53,688 nucleotides of DNA from an uncultured Bacilli bacterium. Its GTDB lineage: Bacteria > Bacillota_I > Bacilli_A > RF39 > UBA660. Shown here piece after piece: positions 14,371 through 24,790 of the stretch. The notes beneath the pieces were generated by a model. That model was not told the DNA's origin. It was given only the letters and a program-made list of their open reading frames with translations, and did not search any database. The stretch covers positions 1-53,688 of the forward strand of contig CAKPPI010000002.1 in assembly GCA_934177545.1 (NCBI GenBank), read 5' to 3'. Made by a program: the position numbers and the translations under genes. How positions within the stretch are numbered: the stretch's first letter is position 1; each line of letters begins with the position of its first letter.

Positions 14371-16812
14371 ACAAGGATCATTACGACCTACTTTTTTACT
14401 CTTCTTTGGTTTCTTTACTGAATCTGATTTATCATCATTAGTTTGAACATTTCTTGTAACTGGTTTTCTTTCAACAGTTTTTTGTATTTCTGCTTTTAGT
14501 AAGAATATAGTAACATCATGATCAATCTTTTGTAACATTTGATCAAATAAATCAAATCCTTCAGTACTATATGCTCTTAATGGATCTTCTTGACCATAAC
14601 TACGTAAATAAATACCTTCACGCAAGTGACTCATTACATTAATTTGTTCCATCCAGTAATTATCAATGACTTGTAAAGATAATGCTTTTTCAAATTCACT
14701 AGTTATTTCTACTGGAACATCACTAAGTTTTTCTTCATATTCTTCTTTTGCTTTATTATATAAGAAGTCTATCATATCATCATCTAATAATGAACTAATA
14801 TCATTTTCAGTAATATCTTTATCTAGTAAATTTTCATTAGCAAAAGATACTATTTCTTTCTTATCTTGTTCACTTAAAATACCATCTATAGTATGTGACT
14901 TAACTAAGTCAGTAACATAATTTCTCATACATTCAAGAACTTGTTCATGAACAGATTCACTATCTAGAATTTCATTTCTTCTACCATACATGATTTCACG
15001 TTGAGTATTCATTACATCATCATATTGTAATAATTGTTTTCTAGCATCAAAGTTATTTCCTTCAACTCTTTTTTGAGCAGTTGTAATAGCTTTAGAAAAG
15101 TATTTATTTTGAATAGCTTGATCACCAAATCCAAAACTAGTCATCATTTCTTTAATTTTTTCACTACCAAAGCGAACCATTAAATCATCTTCCATAGATA
15201 CAAAGAACTGTGTAAATCCAGGATCTCCTTGACGACCAGAACGTCCTCTTAACTGATTATCAATACGACGAGATTCATGACGTTCAGTACCAATAACACA
15301 TAATCCACCAAGTGCTCTTATCTCATCTGATAATTTAATATCAGTACCACGACCAGCCATATTAGTAGCGATAGTGACTGATTTATGTTGACCAATTTTA
15401 GAAATAATTTCAGCTTCTCTTGCATGATTCTTAGCATTTAATATTTCATGTGGAATCTTTTCTTTCTTTAATAAAGCACTTATTAATTCACTAGTTTCAA
15501 TAGCAATAGTACCAATTAATACTGGTTGACCCTTAGTATATCTTTCTTTTACTTCATTAATAATAGCTTTATACTTAGCATTTTTAGTAGCAAATACTAA
15601 GTCAGAAGCATCAATTCTTTCAACTGGTTTATTAGTTGGGATGCAAATAACATACATATTATAAATATCACGGAATTCTTCTTCTTCTGTTTTAGCAGTA
15701 CCAGTCATACCAGATAACTTTTTATACATTCTAAATAAGTTTTGGAAAGTAATAGTTGCTAAAGTTTTAGTTTCTTGATTAATACGAACTCCTTCTTTAG
15801 CTTCAATTGCTTGATGAAGTCCATCACTATAAGCACGTCCTTTCATCAAGCGTCCAGTAAATTGGTCTACTATAACAACTTCTCCATCTTGAACAACATA
15901 ATCTACATCTAATTTCATAGAATAGTTTGCTCTTAAAGCTTGATTAATATAATGTACTAAAGTTGCATTTTCTACTTCATAAAGATTCTTAACTCGAAAA
16001 GCTTTTTCTGCTTTTTCACTACCTTCATCAGTTAATGTTACACTCTTAGTAGTTTCATCGTATAGATAATCTACATCATCTTTTAATCCTTTAACAAAAC
16101 TATCAGCATCTTGATAAAGGTTTGCACTAACTAATTGTCCTCCAGAAATAATTAATGGAGTTCTTGCTTCATCTATTAATACTGAATCCACTTCATCAAC
16201 GATAGCAAAGTTTAATGGTCTTTGTACTCTATCTTCTTTTCTAATAACCATATTGTCTCTTAGATAATCAAATCCAATTTCATTATTTGTAGAATATAAA
16301 ATATCACAAGCATAAGCTTCTTGTTTTTCTTTAGGACTTAATTCTCTTGTATTAACTCCTACTGTTAAACCTAAAAATCTATGAATTCCACCCATCCATT
16401 CAGCATCACGAGTAGCTAGATATTCATTAACAGTAATGATATGTACTCCTTTTCCATCTAAAGCATTTAAGTAAGCTGGTAAAACGGATGTTAGTGTTTT
16501 TCCTTCACCAGTTTTCATTTCTGCTATATTACCATAGTGTATTGCTAAAGCACCTAGTATCTGAACATAGAAAGGTTTTTCTCCTATAACACGATAAGCT
16601 GCTTCTCTTGCAGTAGCAAAAGCTTCTACTAAAATATCTTCTAGTGTTTCTCCATTTTCTAAACGTTTCTTAAATTCCTCTGTTTTATTCTTTAACTCTT
16701 CATCCGATAACTTTTGATAGTCTTCATCTAAGGCTACTATTTTATCTGCTAAAGATTCAAATTTTTTTAATTCTTTATATTCATGATCAAATAATCTTGT
16801 AAATAATCCCAT
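14326..16812 (-). CDS. secA: Preprotein translocase ATPase SecA
   Basis: 828 aa. It has Walker A MKTGEGKT, the DEAD-like box DEVDSVLIDEARTPLIISG, the preprotein cross-linking and helical scaffold regions, and a C-terminal zinc-binding SEC-C motif CPCGSGKKYKQCCGK. Confidence 0.97.
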   Translation of the reverse strand: MGLFTRLFDHEYKELKKFESLADKIVALDEDYQKLSDEELKNKTEEFKKRLENGETLEDILVEAFATAREAAYRVIGEKPFYVQILGALAIHYGNIAEMKTGEGKTLTSVLPAYLNALDGKGVHIITVNEYLATRDAEWMGGIHRFLGLTVGVNTRELSPKEKQEAYACDILYSTNNEIGFDYLRDNMVIRKEDRVQRPLNFAIVDEVDSVLIDEARTPLIISGGQLVSANLYQDADSFVKGLKDDVDYLYDETTKSVTLTDEGSEKAEKAFRVKNLYEVENATLVHYINQALRANYSMKLDVDYVVQDGEVVIVDQFTGRLMKGRAYSDGLHQAIEAKEGVRINQETKTLATITFQNLFRMYKKLSGMTGTAKTEEEEFRDIYNMYVICIPTNKPVERIDASDLVFATKNAKYKAIINEVKERYTKGQPVLIGTIAIETSELISALLKKEKIPHEILNAKNHAREAEIISKIGQHKSVTIATNMAGRGTDIKLSDEIRALGGLCVIGTERHESRRIDNQLRGRSGRQGDPGFTQFFVSMEDDLMVRFGSEKIKEMMTSFGFGDQAIQNKYFSKAITTAQKRVEGNNFDARKQLLQYDDVMNTQREIMYGRRNEILDSESVHEQVLECMRNYVTDLVKSHTIDGILSEQDKKEIVSFANENLLDKDITENDISSLLDDDMIDFLYNKAKEEYEEKLSDVPVEITSEFEKALSLQVIDNYWMEQINVMSHLREGIYLRSYGQEDPLRAYSTEGFDLFDQMLQKIDHDVTIFLLKAEIQKTVERKPVTRNVQTNDDKSDSVKKPKKSKKVGRNDPCPCGSGKKYKQCCGK

Positions 16813-16889
16813 TGTATCATCTCCTACTGATTATTGTAACAAAAAAAAGAGACAATAGAAAGCATTTTCTCTTAATTTTCACTTATTTT

Positions 16890-19184
16890 CTAGATAGAAA
16901 CACAACTTTCACCATGATACCAAGCATCAACTATAACAGGTGTTACAATATCATCAATAACTTTATCCACTTGTCTTGCTCCAAACTTTTCATAGTTAGC
17001 TTTAGAAATTATTTTTTCCACAATATCTGTGGATATTTCTACTTCTATATTCTTTTTCTTAAAAGCATTTATTAACAGGTCTAATTTTAGATTTACTATT
17101 CTTTCAATATCTTCTTTAGTTAAATCTTTGAAATAGTATTTCTTATCTATACGGTTAACAAATTCTACACCTAAAAATTCTTCTATATCTGTATTCTTAC
17201 TATCTACTGTTTCCACAAATCCTATATCTTTTTTATTCGCTCCTAAATTAGTTGTCATAAAGAGAAAAATGTGTTCAAAAGACACTTTTCGTCCTTTAGA
17301 GTCCTTTAAATAACCTTCATCCATTACTTGAAGAAATAGTTTTAATACAGAAGGTGATGCTTTTTCTATCTCATCTAATAGTATTACACAATGAGGGTAT
17401 AGTCTTATTTGATCAAGTATAGTCTCATGATTATCAAAGCCCACATATCCTGGAGGAGCTCCAAGTATTTTACTTACTGAATGTTCTTCTTTATACTCAC
17501 TCATATCTAATCTAATAAAGTGATCTTTTCCATAAAGAAGAGAAGCATATTCTTTTACTAAATAGGTTTTACCTATTCCTGTACTACCAGCTAAAAGAAA
17601 GGTATGTATCTTAGGACTATCTTGAAAACCTAATTGTATTTTTTTAGTTAAATTACATAAATCATGGATTATCTCATCTTGACCTATAATTTTACTTAAT
17701 AATTCTTTTTCTAGGGAAAATAGTTTTGTCTTATTACCTTCTATTATTTCGTATACAGGAATTTTAGTTTTTAAATAAATAACTTCTGCTATCATTTCTT
17801 TAGTTATTTTCCTAGGTTTCTTTTTACCAAGAAGAGAAAACTCAAGTTCATTTTTCTTAGTAATTAAATTTTTTTCACTTTGTTTTAGTTTAGATGCTTT
17901 TTTAAAGTTTTGACTTGTAACTGCTTCTTTTTTTTCTATTACAATTTTTTGCAGTGAATTATTTAATTTCTTTAGTTCTTTATCTTTTTTATCTTCTATA
18001 AGACTAGCTTTAGCACATACTTCATCTAATATATCTATCGCTTTATCTGGTTGATAATATTCATATATATAAGTATTTGATAAATCTACTATCATATCAA
18101 TCATTTCATCTGATATTGATACAGAGTGATAAGCTTCATATAATGGTTTTAATTTCTTTAATATTTCTTTAGTCTTTTCTTTATTAGGCTCTTCTATTAA
18201 TAGTATTTGAAATCTTCTATTTAAGGCTTTATCTTTCTCAATAAATTCTCTATATTCAGATACAGTAGTTGCTCCTATCAAATGTATTTTTCCTCTAGCA
18301 AGGGCTGGTTTTAAGATATTAGATGCATCTATTGCACCTTCTGCTCCACCTGCACCTACTAAAGTATGAATCTCATCTATAAAGATTAGGTACTCATCAT
18401 GTTCTTCTATTTCTTTAAGTATTTTACCTACTCTTTCTTCAAATTCTCCTCGATACTTAGTACCTGCTACTAAAGATGCCATCGAAAGAGATAATATCTC
18501 TTTACCTCTTAAGGCTCTTGGAACATTATTTTCTACTATTTGTCTTGCTAATTCTTCAACTATAGCTGTTTTTCCAACTCCTGCTTCTCCTAATAGTAGT
18601 GGATTATTCTTAGTTCTTCTACAAAGTATTTCTATCATTCTTTTTAGCTCTGTTTCTCTACCTATAACAGGATCTATTTCATTGGACATAATTCTTTTAT
18701 TTAGATTAACGGAAAACTCTTCAATCAGTAATTTCTTATGTCCTGTTATTTTCTTTTCTGTAAAAGAAGTAGAAAACTCTTGATATAGTCTATCTATATC
18801 TATATTCATACCCATTAATAGTCTAATAGCTATACCTTCTCCTTCTTCTAATAGTGATAAGAATAACTCTGTAACTGACACTTCACTTTCTTTATTTTCT
18901 TTACTATTTAACATTGCTGTTTCTAATACTCTTTTTAAAAGGGGGGTATATAAAAACCAGTCATTGGTTGTCTTTCCTATTCCTACTACTCTTATTAATT
19001 CATCTTTAAATTTATCATATGTTAAACCTAATAGTTTTAAATGATTAGTTACTTTTAACTCTTTCATTGATAGTATAGCTAATAGTAAATGTTCACTTCC
19101 TACATATGGATGTTTTAAAGTCCTCATTTCTTTTCTAGCTAATACTAAGGCTTTCTGAGCATCTTCACTAAATTTCGAAAACAT
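16890..19184 (-). CDS. clpC: Clp/Hsp100 family AAA+ chaperone, ClpC-like
   Basis: 764 aa. It has a double Clp_N repeat N-terminus (FSEDAQKAL.. and [10 protein letters not shown]..). The two AAA+ modules carry Walker [10 protein letters not shown] and GSTGIGKTY and Walker B IFIDEIH and ILLDEIEKA. No ctsR, mcsA or mcsB lies upstream. Confidence 0.9.
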   Translation of the reverse strand: MFSKFSEDAQKALVLARKEMRTLKHPYVGSEHLLLAILSMKELKVTNHLKLLGLTYDKFKDELIRVVGIGKTTNDWFLYTPLLKRVLETAMLNSKENKESEVSVTELFLSLLEEGEGIAIRLLMGMNIDIDRLYQEFSTSFTEKKITGHKKLLIEEFSVNLNKRIMSNEIDPVIGRETELKRMIEILCRRTKNNPLLLGEAGVGKTAIVEELARQIVENNVPRALRGKEILSLSMASLVAGTKYRGEFEERVGKILKEIEEHDEYLIFIDEIHTLVGAGGAEGAIDASNILKPALARGKIHLIGATTVSEYREFIEKDKALNRRFQILLIEEPNKEKTKEILKKLKPLYEAYHSVSISDEMIDMIVDLSNTYIYEYYQPDKAIDILDEVCAKASLIEDKKDKELKKLNNSLQKIVIEKKEAVTSQNFKKASKLKQSEKNLITKKNELEFSLLGKKKPRKITKEMIAEVIYLKTKIPVYEIIEGNKTKLFSLEKELLSKIIGQDEIIHDLCNLTKKIQLGFQDSPKIHTFLLAGSTGIGKTYLVKEYASLLYGKDHFIRLDMSEYKEEHSVSKILGAPPGYVGFDNHETILDQIRLYPHCVILLDEIEKASPSVLKLFLQVMDEGYLKDSKGRKVSFEHIFLFMTTNLGANKKDIGFVETVDSKNTDIEEFLGVEFVNRIDKKYYFKDLTKEDIERIVNLKLDLLINAFKKKNIEVEISTDIVEKIISKANYEKFGARQVDKVIDDIVTPVIVDAWYHGESCVSI

Positions 19185-19262
19185 TTTATTTCCTCCTTGT
19201 ATACTTATATTTTAACGAGAAGGAATATGGTTAAGCAATTATTTTAAGACCAAAAAAAGTGA

Positions 19263-19292
19263 CAAAAAAACTAGTTCTTAATGTGAACTAGT
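19263..19292 (-). terminator. Rho-independent terminator after 19293..19835
   Basis: Minus-strand RNA reads ACUAGUUC-ACAUUAA-GAACUAGU followed by UUUUUUUGUC. The perfect 8-bp stem starts immediately after the stop codon. Confidence 0.85.
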
Positions 19293-19835
19293 TTAATCAA
19301 CTTGCTCAGTAGCTTCTACTCTTATTCTACTGTAGAATGATTTTGCCATAACATCGTTTGTAGCATCTAAGTTTAACCATAAACGAAATTCAAAGCTTTG
19401 AGTAGTATTACCTGCTATTGAATAAGAACCTAATTTATTGCTACTAGTTGATAGTTTCCCATTTGATACTGATGTCCCATCTTTCTTTAAATCATATGAT
19501 AAGAAACTATGAGTAAATGTTGCACAATCAGTACAATCACTATCATCATCTAGATAAACATCATATGTTATAGTTCTAGTACCAGTATTTTTTAAGGTAA
19601 AGGTATAAGGTGTATTCTTAAGTCCATCACTATCTTCTTGAGGAGCTACTTTAGTAAGGGCAATAGTTGAGGTTCCTTCAGTATAATTTAGTTGAAGGTT
19701 TTTTGCTATTAAAGTTATGTTTTTATCTCCTCTTAAAGTCATTTTAGCTAGAGCAAAACTTATTCCTACAAAAATAACTATTAATATTAAAAGACTAATA
19801 ATTATAAGTTTCTTGTTACTATCAATTTTTTTCAT
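19293..19835 (-). CDS. Orphan TasA/CalY-like protein with a SipW-type signal peptide
   Basis: 180 aa. The N-terminus KKLIIISLLILIVIFVGISFALAKMTL resembles the signal region of the 37382-39486 paralogues. Motifs YTFTLKNTGTRTITYDVYL, FEFRLWLNLDA and the C-terminal FYSRIRVEATEQ parallel TasA ..IKLQFSFEATQ. Confidence 0.7.
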   Translation of the reverse strand: MKKIDSNKKLIIISLLILIVIFVGISFALAKMTLRGDKNITLIAKNLQLNYTEGTSTIALTKVAPQEDSDGLKNTPYTFTLKNTGTRTITYDVYLDDDSDCTDCATFTHSFLSYDLKKDGTSVSNGKLSTSSNKLGSYSIAGNTTQSFEFRLWLNLDATNDVMAKSFYSRIRVEATEQVD

Positions 19836-19925
19836 TATTCATCCCTCACTTTATTATCTATAATATAGTTTATCTCTTATTAAAAAAAAGAAAGGCTTTT
19901 ATGCTATATAAGCATATCATAGAGT

Positions 19926-19950
19926 TAAAAAAAAGAGAAGAATCTCTTTT
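19926..19950 (-). terminator. Candidate terminator after 19951..21537
   Basis: Minus-strand RNA reads AAGAGA-UUCU-UCUCUU followed by UUUUUUAAC. The stem is short and AU-rich. Confidence 0.55.
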
Positions 19951-21537
19951 TTAAATTAGTACTAATATTGTAAATATTATAAATGCAACTACAACTAGTT
20001 CTAATAATATTTTCCAAATATATTTTAACCAATCTTTATAAGGTACTTTTAAGTAAGCAAGTGTTACCATTAATGGAATACTTGTAGGTGCTACTAATGT
20101 AACAATACCATATAATGCTTGGAAGATAACTGAGATTAATGGATATGTATCTGTAGCAGTTACTACACTTACAAAATAAGGTAAAACGCTATAGAAGGCA
20201 TATGTTGGATCTCCGTTAATTATACTTGAAATAATTACTACTAATCCTGTTGTAAATACATTGAATCCTTTTGTTAGTCCTAATAATGCTTTATATATTA
20301 CTAATTGATAAGGATTATAAGTTGTAAGTACTAATATTAAGTAAATTACAAATACAATAAATGCAGGTAATAATGCTTTTCTTAGTCCTTCACTAAATCC
20401 TACTATCATATCATCCCAAGTTATTTTATATACATATTTAATAACAACTAAGGCTAGTAATAATAAAACTATTACTTCTGTTAATGTCCAGCTACCAAAA
20501 GCAGGAATAGTACTTCCTAATAGTTTACCGAATACTGGGAAACTAGTATTTAATGCTTTAGTAATTCCTGTAAAGAATTTAGCCTTTACTCCAAAGCTAC
20601 CAATTAATACAATAACAGTAAGTAAAGCTACAATACCATCTAAGATGATATAAGCTTTTTTGTTAGACTTCTTAGCAAATAGAATAATATTTATTATTAC
20701 TAATAGTGCTAATAGAGCAACATAAGCTGGAACACTAAATCCTGTAACAGCTGTTTTAACATCTTCAAAAAGATTTACATTGAATGAATTAGTCCAAGTA
20801 ATAAATCCTAAAATAGTAACTAATAATACTAAATCAAGAATAACTACTAATGGCCAATTCTTCTTTTGCTTCTTGTCATGTTTAACCACTTCTGGAATAT
20901 AGCTCTTTTCATCACTTGATGATTTTGTACTCTCTTTCTTTCCAAATTTCAAAACATTAATTAGTAAGATTACTAATCCTAGAACAAGTAAGATTATTCT
21001 AGTCCAGATTTGAGTTGTTGGTTTTACTGATAAGTATTGTTGTAACATTTGAGTTGTATTATATGCAAATGTAGTTCCCATTAATCCAACAGCAACACTA
21101 CCAGCAGTTACAGCAGTAGCAGCTAATTTATTATATCCTAGCATTAATACTAAAGAAATAACAAATGGGAATAACATTAATAGTGCAAGTTGCATTCCAC
21201 AGAATGATGTTAAAACAGCAAATAAAGAAGCAATTATTATAATACAAATATGTTCTTTACCTTTAAACTTCTTAACAATAGCATCTAATACTTTTCTATA
21301 TGCTCCAACTTTTACTAATACTCCATAGAATCCACCAATTGCTAGAATAAATAATGAAGCATAACCAAAATATCCTAATACTGTATTTTGATAAGATACT
21401 AAATCAAATATTCCAACTTGTGATCTACCAATCTCAGAATAACTTGATTGATAAGTAGCAGCTGGTAAAATCCATGTCAAAAGCACAAATACAAATAGTG
21501 TAATTAAACTAACTTTCAATGCATTATGTTTTTTCAT
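19951..21537 (-). CDS. Large polytopic membrane transporter, YfcC/DcuC-superfamily-like
   Basis: 528 aa with at least 12 hydrophobic helices. The N-terminus ..LLTWILPAATYQSSY resembles the conserved TWIIPAGxY start of YfcC-family proteins. A central hydrophilic loop is Lys-rich. Confidence 0.6.
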   Translation of the reverse strand: MKKHNALKVSLITLFVFVLLTWILPAATYQSSYSEIGRSQVGIFDLVSYQNTVLGYFGYASLFILAIGGFYGVLVKVGAYRKVLDAIVKKFKGKEHICIIIIASLFAVLTSFCGMQLALLMLFPFVISLVLMLGYNKLAATAVTAGSVAVGLMGTTFAYNTTQMLQQYLSVKPTTQIWTRIILLVLGLVILLINVLKFGKKESTKSSSDEKSYIPEVVKHDKKQKKNWPLVVILDLVLLVTILGFITWTNSFNVNLFEDVKTAVTGFSVPAYVALLALLVIINIILFAKKSNKKAYIILDGIVALLTVIVLIGSFGVKAKFFTGITKALNTSFPVFGKLLGSTIPAFGSWTLTEVIVLLLLALVVIKYVYKITWDDMIVGFSEGLRKALLPAFIVFVIYLILVLTTYNPYQLVIYKALLGLTKGFNVFTTGLVVIISSIINGDPTYAFYSVLPYFVSVVTATDTYPLISVIFQALYGIVTLVAPTSIPLMVTLAYLKVPYKDWLKYIWKILLELVVVAFIIFTILVLI

Positions 21538-21595
21538 AATTTTCTTCTCCTTCCATATATTAATTATACGAATAATAACTTTGTTTTACAAGCAA

Positions 21596-22198
21596 TTAGC
21601 GATTTTTTTTGTGAATTTTTTGTGAAAAACATTTAGTAAAAAAGGTATTAAATATTCTTCTTGATGACTCATCAGTTTCATACAAACTCTCTGGATGCCA
21701 TTGTAATCCTAAGAAGAATGGATGATTTTTCAACTCTATTGCTTCAATACAATTATCTAAACTTCTAGCACTGATATATAAGGATGATAATTTAGGGATA
21801 TAGTCATTATGTCTAGAGTTAACAAATATTTCTTGTTTTTGTACTATATCATAAAGAAAACTATTTCTTTTAATAGATACTAAGTGTTCACTACCATTGT
21901 GATTCAATATCTTTTTAGTAATATCTTTCTCTTCACCTAGTAGAAAAGCTGACATCTCTTGCATTCCAAGACATACTCCTAGTATTGGTATATTATTTTC
22001 TTTAGCATATTTTATTAATTTAATATCTTCACTATACCAACCATCTCCTCCCGGTAAATAAAATCCATCATATTTAGAATAATCTGTTTCATTCTTAGGA
22101 CTAAATATTTCATAATTAATATTTTCTTTTTCAAAGGGAATAAGTTTAAACTCATCAGTTCGATAAACAATTCCAATTAATATATCTTTCATATACAC
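21596..22198 (-). CDS. Class-I glutamine amidotransferase-like / peptidase C26 (gamma-glutamyl hydrolase family)
   Basis: 200 aa. It has the nucleophile elbow ILGVCLGMQ and the catalytic-His motif LGLQWHPE. Confidence 0.8.
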   Translation of the reverse strand: MYMKDILIGIVYRTDEFKLIPFEKENINYEIFSPKNETDYSKYDGFYLPGGDGWYSEDIKLIKYAKENNIPILGVCLGMQEMSAFLLGEEKDITKKILNHNGSEHLVSIKRNSFLYDIVQKQEIFVNSRHNDYIPKLSSLYISARSLDNCIEAIELKNHPFFLGLQWHPESLYETDESSRRIFNTFFTKCFSQKIHKKNR

Positions 22199-22215
22199 CT
22201 CACTATTATATAGTA

Positions 22216-22242
22216 TAAAAAAAGAAGGAAATTAATTCCTCC
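22216..22242 (-). terminator. Candidate terminator after lysS
   Basis: Minus-strand RNA reads GGAGGAA-UUAAU-UUCCUUC (one G-U pair) followed by UUUUUUUAUAC. Confidence 0.6.
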
Positions 22243-24152
22243 TAATATAGTTTAGCACCAGCTGGTATATGCTCATCTATCATTAATAAATGTAGTTTTT
22301 CTTCCTCTTCTTCAGTATGAACAGCACTTAAAAGCATTCCGCAAGAATCTATTCCCATCATTTTACGAGGTGGTAAATTAGTAATTGCTACTAAAGTTTT
22401 ACCAATTAATTCTTCTGGTTCATAGTAAGCATGAATACCACTAAGAATTATTCTATCTGTTCCTGTTCCATCATCTAAAGTAAATTGTAATAGTTTTTTA
22501 CTTTTAGGTACTGCTACACAGTCTTTAACTTTTACTGCTCTAAAATCACATTTACTAAAGGTATCAAAATCAACATAATCGGTAAATAATGGTTCTATTT
22601 GAACTTTAGAAAAGTCTATTACTTCTTTCTTCTTTTCGGAAATTATCTCTTTCTTTACTGTTTCTGTTCCATTTAATGGTTTCATAGTTGGGAATAATAT
22701 TACATCTCTAATAGATTCTGATTCTGTAAATAACATTACTAATCTATCTATTCCATAACCAACTCCACCAGCAGGAGGCATTCCATATTCTAATGCTTCA
22801 ATAAAGTCCATATCAATATCATTAGCTTCATCATTACCTAAATCTTTTTCTTTTAATTGTTCTTCAAATCTTGCTAACTGATCAATTGGGTCATTCAATT
22901 CGGTATAAGCATTAGCAAATTCACGGCCAGCAATAAATAATTCAAATCTATCAACAAATCTAGGGTCTTCCGGATTTTTCTTAGTAAGTGGTGATATTTC
23001 TACTGGATGTCCATATAAGAATGTTGGTTGAATTAATGTTTCTTCTACATACTTTTCAAAGAATAAATTAATAATGTGACCAACACTTTTCTCGTGTTCT
23101 TCTACTACTATTTGATGGTCTCTTGCTAATTCTAAAGCTTCTTCAACAGTCATTTCTTTTTTGAAATCTATTCCTGTTTTTTCTTTAATAGCATCAACCA
23201 TACTTATTCTCTTCCAAGGCCCTTCTAGATTTATCTCATAACCATACCAATTATAAGTCATCTTACCAATTACATCTTTTGCAATAGTTTGATACATATT
23301 TTCTGTTAAGTCCATCATTCCATTTAAGTCACTATAAGCTAAATAAGCTTCCATTAAAGTAAACTCTGGATTATGTTTTAAATCCATTCCTTCGTTTCTA
23401 AATACACGTCCTATTTCATAAACAGCTTCCATACCACCTACTAATAGTCTTTTTAATGGTAACTCTAAGGCTATTCTTAAGTACATATCTAAATCTTGAG
23501 CATTATGATGAGTAACAAATGGTTTAGCACTAGCTCCTGTAAGTAATGTTGATAAAACTGGTGTTTCTACTTCGGTAAATCCTTGATTATCCATAAAGTT
23601 TTGGATACATCTAATAATTCTGGGACGTAGGAAAGCTACTCTTCTTGTATCATCATTCATTATTAAATCAACATAACGTCTTCTATATCTTTCTTCTTTA
23701 TCAGTAAGACCATGGAATTTCTCTGGTAGTGGTTTTAAAGCTTTTACTAAAGGAGTATACTCTAAACATTTAATAGTTACTTCTCCCGTTTTAGTTTTCA
23801 TTATTTTCCCACGAACACCAACTATATCCCCAATATCTGCTGTTTTAAACAAGCTATAATTGTCTTCACCTATATCATTAATTGATATATATATTTGAAT
23901 AGGGCCTGTCTTATCTTTAATAGTACAAAATGAGGCTTTACCCATTTTTCTAATGAACATAATTCTACCTGCTACAGTAGCTTCATCTGTCATACTTTCA
24001 AAAGCATCATGTTCTACATCTTTATATTTATCTTTTATATCGTTAGCAAAAGCTGTTCTTTTAAAACTATGTCCAAATGGGTCTAGTCCTAATTCTTTTA
24101 TTTTTTCAGCTTTTTCACGTCTTACAATTTCTTGTTCTGTTAATTCTCGCAT
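22242..24152 (-). CDS. lysS: Lysyl-tRNA synthetase (class II) fused to a C-terminal MetRS-type tRNA-binding (Trbp111/EMAP-II-like OB) domain
   Basis: 636 aa. The core has an OB anticodon-binding domain (VAGRIMFIRKMGKASFCTI), class II motifs (YEIGRVFRNEG, GGVGYGIDRLVM) and the usual end ..DVILFPTMKP. About 140 extra residues follow (FSKCDFRAVKVKDCVAVPKSKKLLQFTLDDGTG.DRIILSGIHAYYEPEELIGKTLVAITNLPPRKMMGIDSCGMLLSA). Confidence 0.93.
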   Translation of the reverse strand: MRELTEQEIVRREKAEKIKELGLDPFGHSFKRTAFANDIKDKYKDVEHDAFESMTDEATVAGRIMFIRKMGKASFCTIKDKTGPIQIYISINDIGEDNYSLFKTADIGDIVGVRGKIMKTKTGEVTIKCLEYTPLVKALKPLPEKFHGLTDKEERYRRRYVDLIMNDDTRRVAFLRPRIIRCIQNFMDNQGFTEVETPVLSTLLTGASAKPFVTHHNAQDLDMYLRIALELPLKRLLVGGMEAVYEIGRVFRNEGMDLKHNPEFTLMEAYLAYSDLNGMMDLTENMYQTIAKDVIGKMTYNWYGYEINLEGPWKRISMVDAIKEKTGIDFKKEMTVEEALELARDHQIVVEEHEKSVGHIINLFFEKYVEETLIQPTFLYGHPVEISPLTKKNPEDPRFVDRFELFIAGREFANAYTELNDPIDQLARFEEQLKEKDLGNDEANDIDMDFIEALEYGMPPAGGVGYGIDRLVMLFTESESIRDVILFPTMKPLNGTETVKKEIISEKKKEVIDFSKVQIEPLFTDYVDFDTFSKCDFRAVKVKDCVAVPKSKKLLQFTLDDGTGTDRIILSGIHAYYEPEELIGKTLVAITNLPPRKMMGIDSCGMLLSAVHTEEEEEKLHLLMIDEHIPAGAKLY

Positions 24153-24790
24153 AATTTTTCCTCCTCTTTATTTAAAACGGTATTAGTACAAACTACTTCT
24201 GTTTTTGCTACCATATCATGAAGACCTTGTCTTTCTTTAGTAAAAGCTACTAAAAAGAAACTAATTATTAATATACTATATTGTATAAGGTTTAGCAAAC
24301 TATTAGTAGCTAGATAAGTATCTTTATCAAGGAATAAAATGGTACAAAAACCAATAATACTTACTAAAGTACCTTGTAATATCATTGTTCTAAATAATAA
24401 ATCATTCATTGTTAGTTCTTTATCTTTATCTTTTTTCTGAATTTTTATTTTCATCATTTTTTTACCAATAGATTGTCCATCATTTTTATATACATATAAA
24501 ACGTAATATAAAAGGGAAATTGCTATACTTACAAGAGTTAATATTCCTGTTTGTTTAGCTATATCATAATTAATATCTACTAACTGATTAACATACTCTT
24601 GCATAGTTACCTTCCCTGCTGTATAGTTCTCTACTATTTTTACCTGTTGATCATATAGTTTATCTATACTACTATTTGTAGGGATTATAGCAGTTACTAA
24701 ACTTGTAATAAATGATACTAATATTAAGTCTATCATAAAAGCTACAAATCTTTGAGAAAATAGTGCTTTTAAATGTTGTTCTTTCTTCAT
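24140..24790 (-). CDS. RDD-family membrane protein
   Basis: 216 aa. It has RFVAFMIDLILVSF near the N-terminus, three or four TM helices, and the C-terminal RQGLHDMVAKTEVV typical of RDD domains. It overlaps both dus and lysS. Confidence 0.75.
   Translation of the reverse strand: MKKEQHLKALFSQRFVAFMIDLILVSFITSLVTAIIPTNSSIDKLYDQQVKIVENYTAGKVTMQEYVNQLVDINYDIAKQTGILTLVSIAISLLYYVLYVYKNDGQSIGKKMMKIKIQKKDKDKELTMNDLLFRTMILQGTLVSIIGFCTILFLDKDTYLATNSLLNLIQYSILIISFFLVAFTKERQGLHDMVAKTEVVCTNTVLNKEEEKLCEN

Noticed and set aside
16813-16889. Possible terminator between clpC and secA (AGAGA...UCUCU followed by U8).
   Set aside because: The stem is only 5 bp with a ~15-nt loop, which is too weak to call. 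clpC and secA may be co-transcribed.
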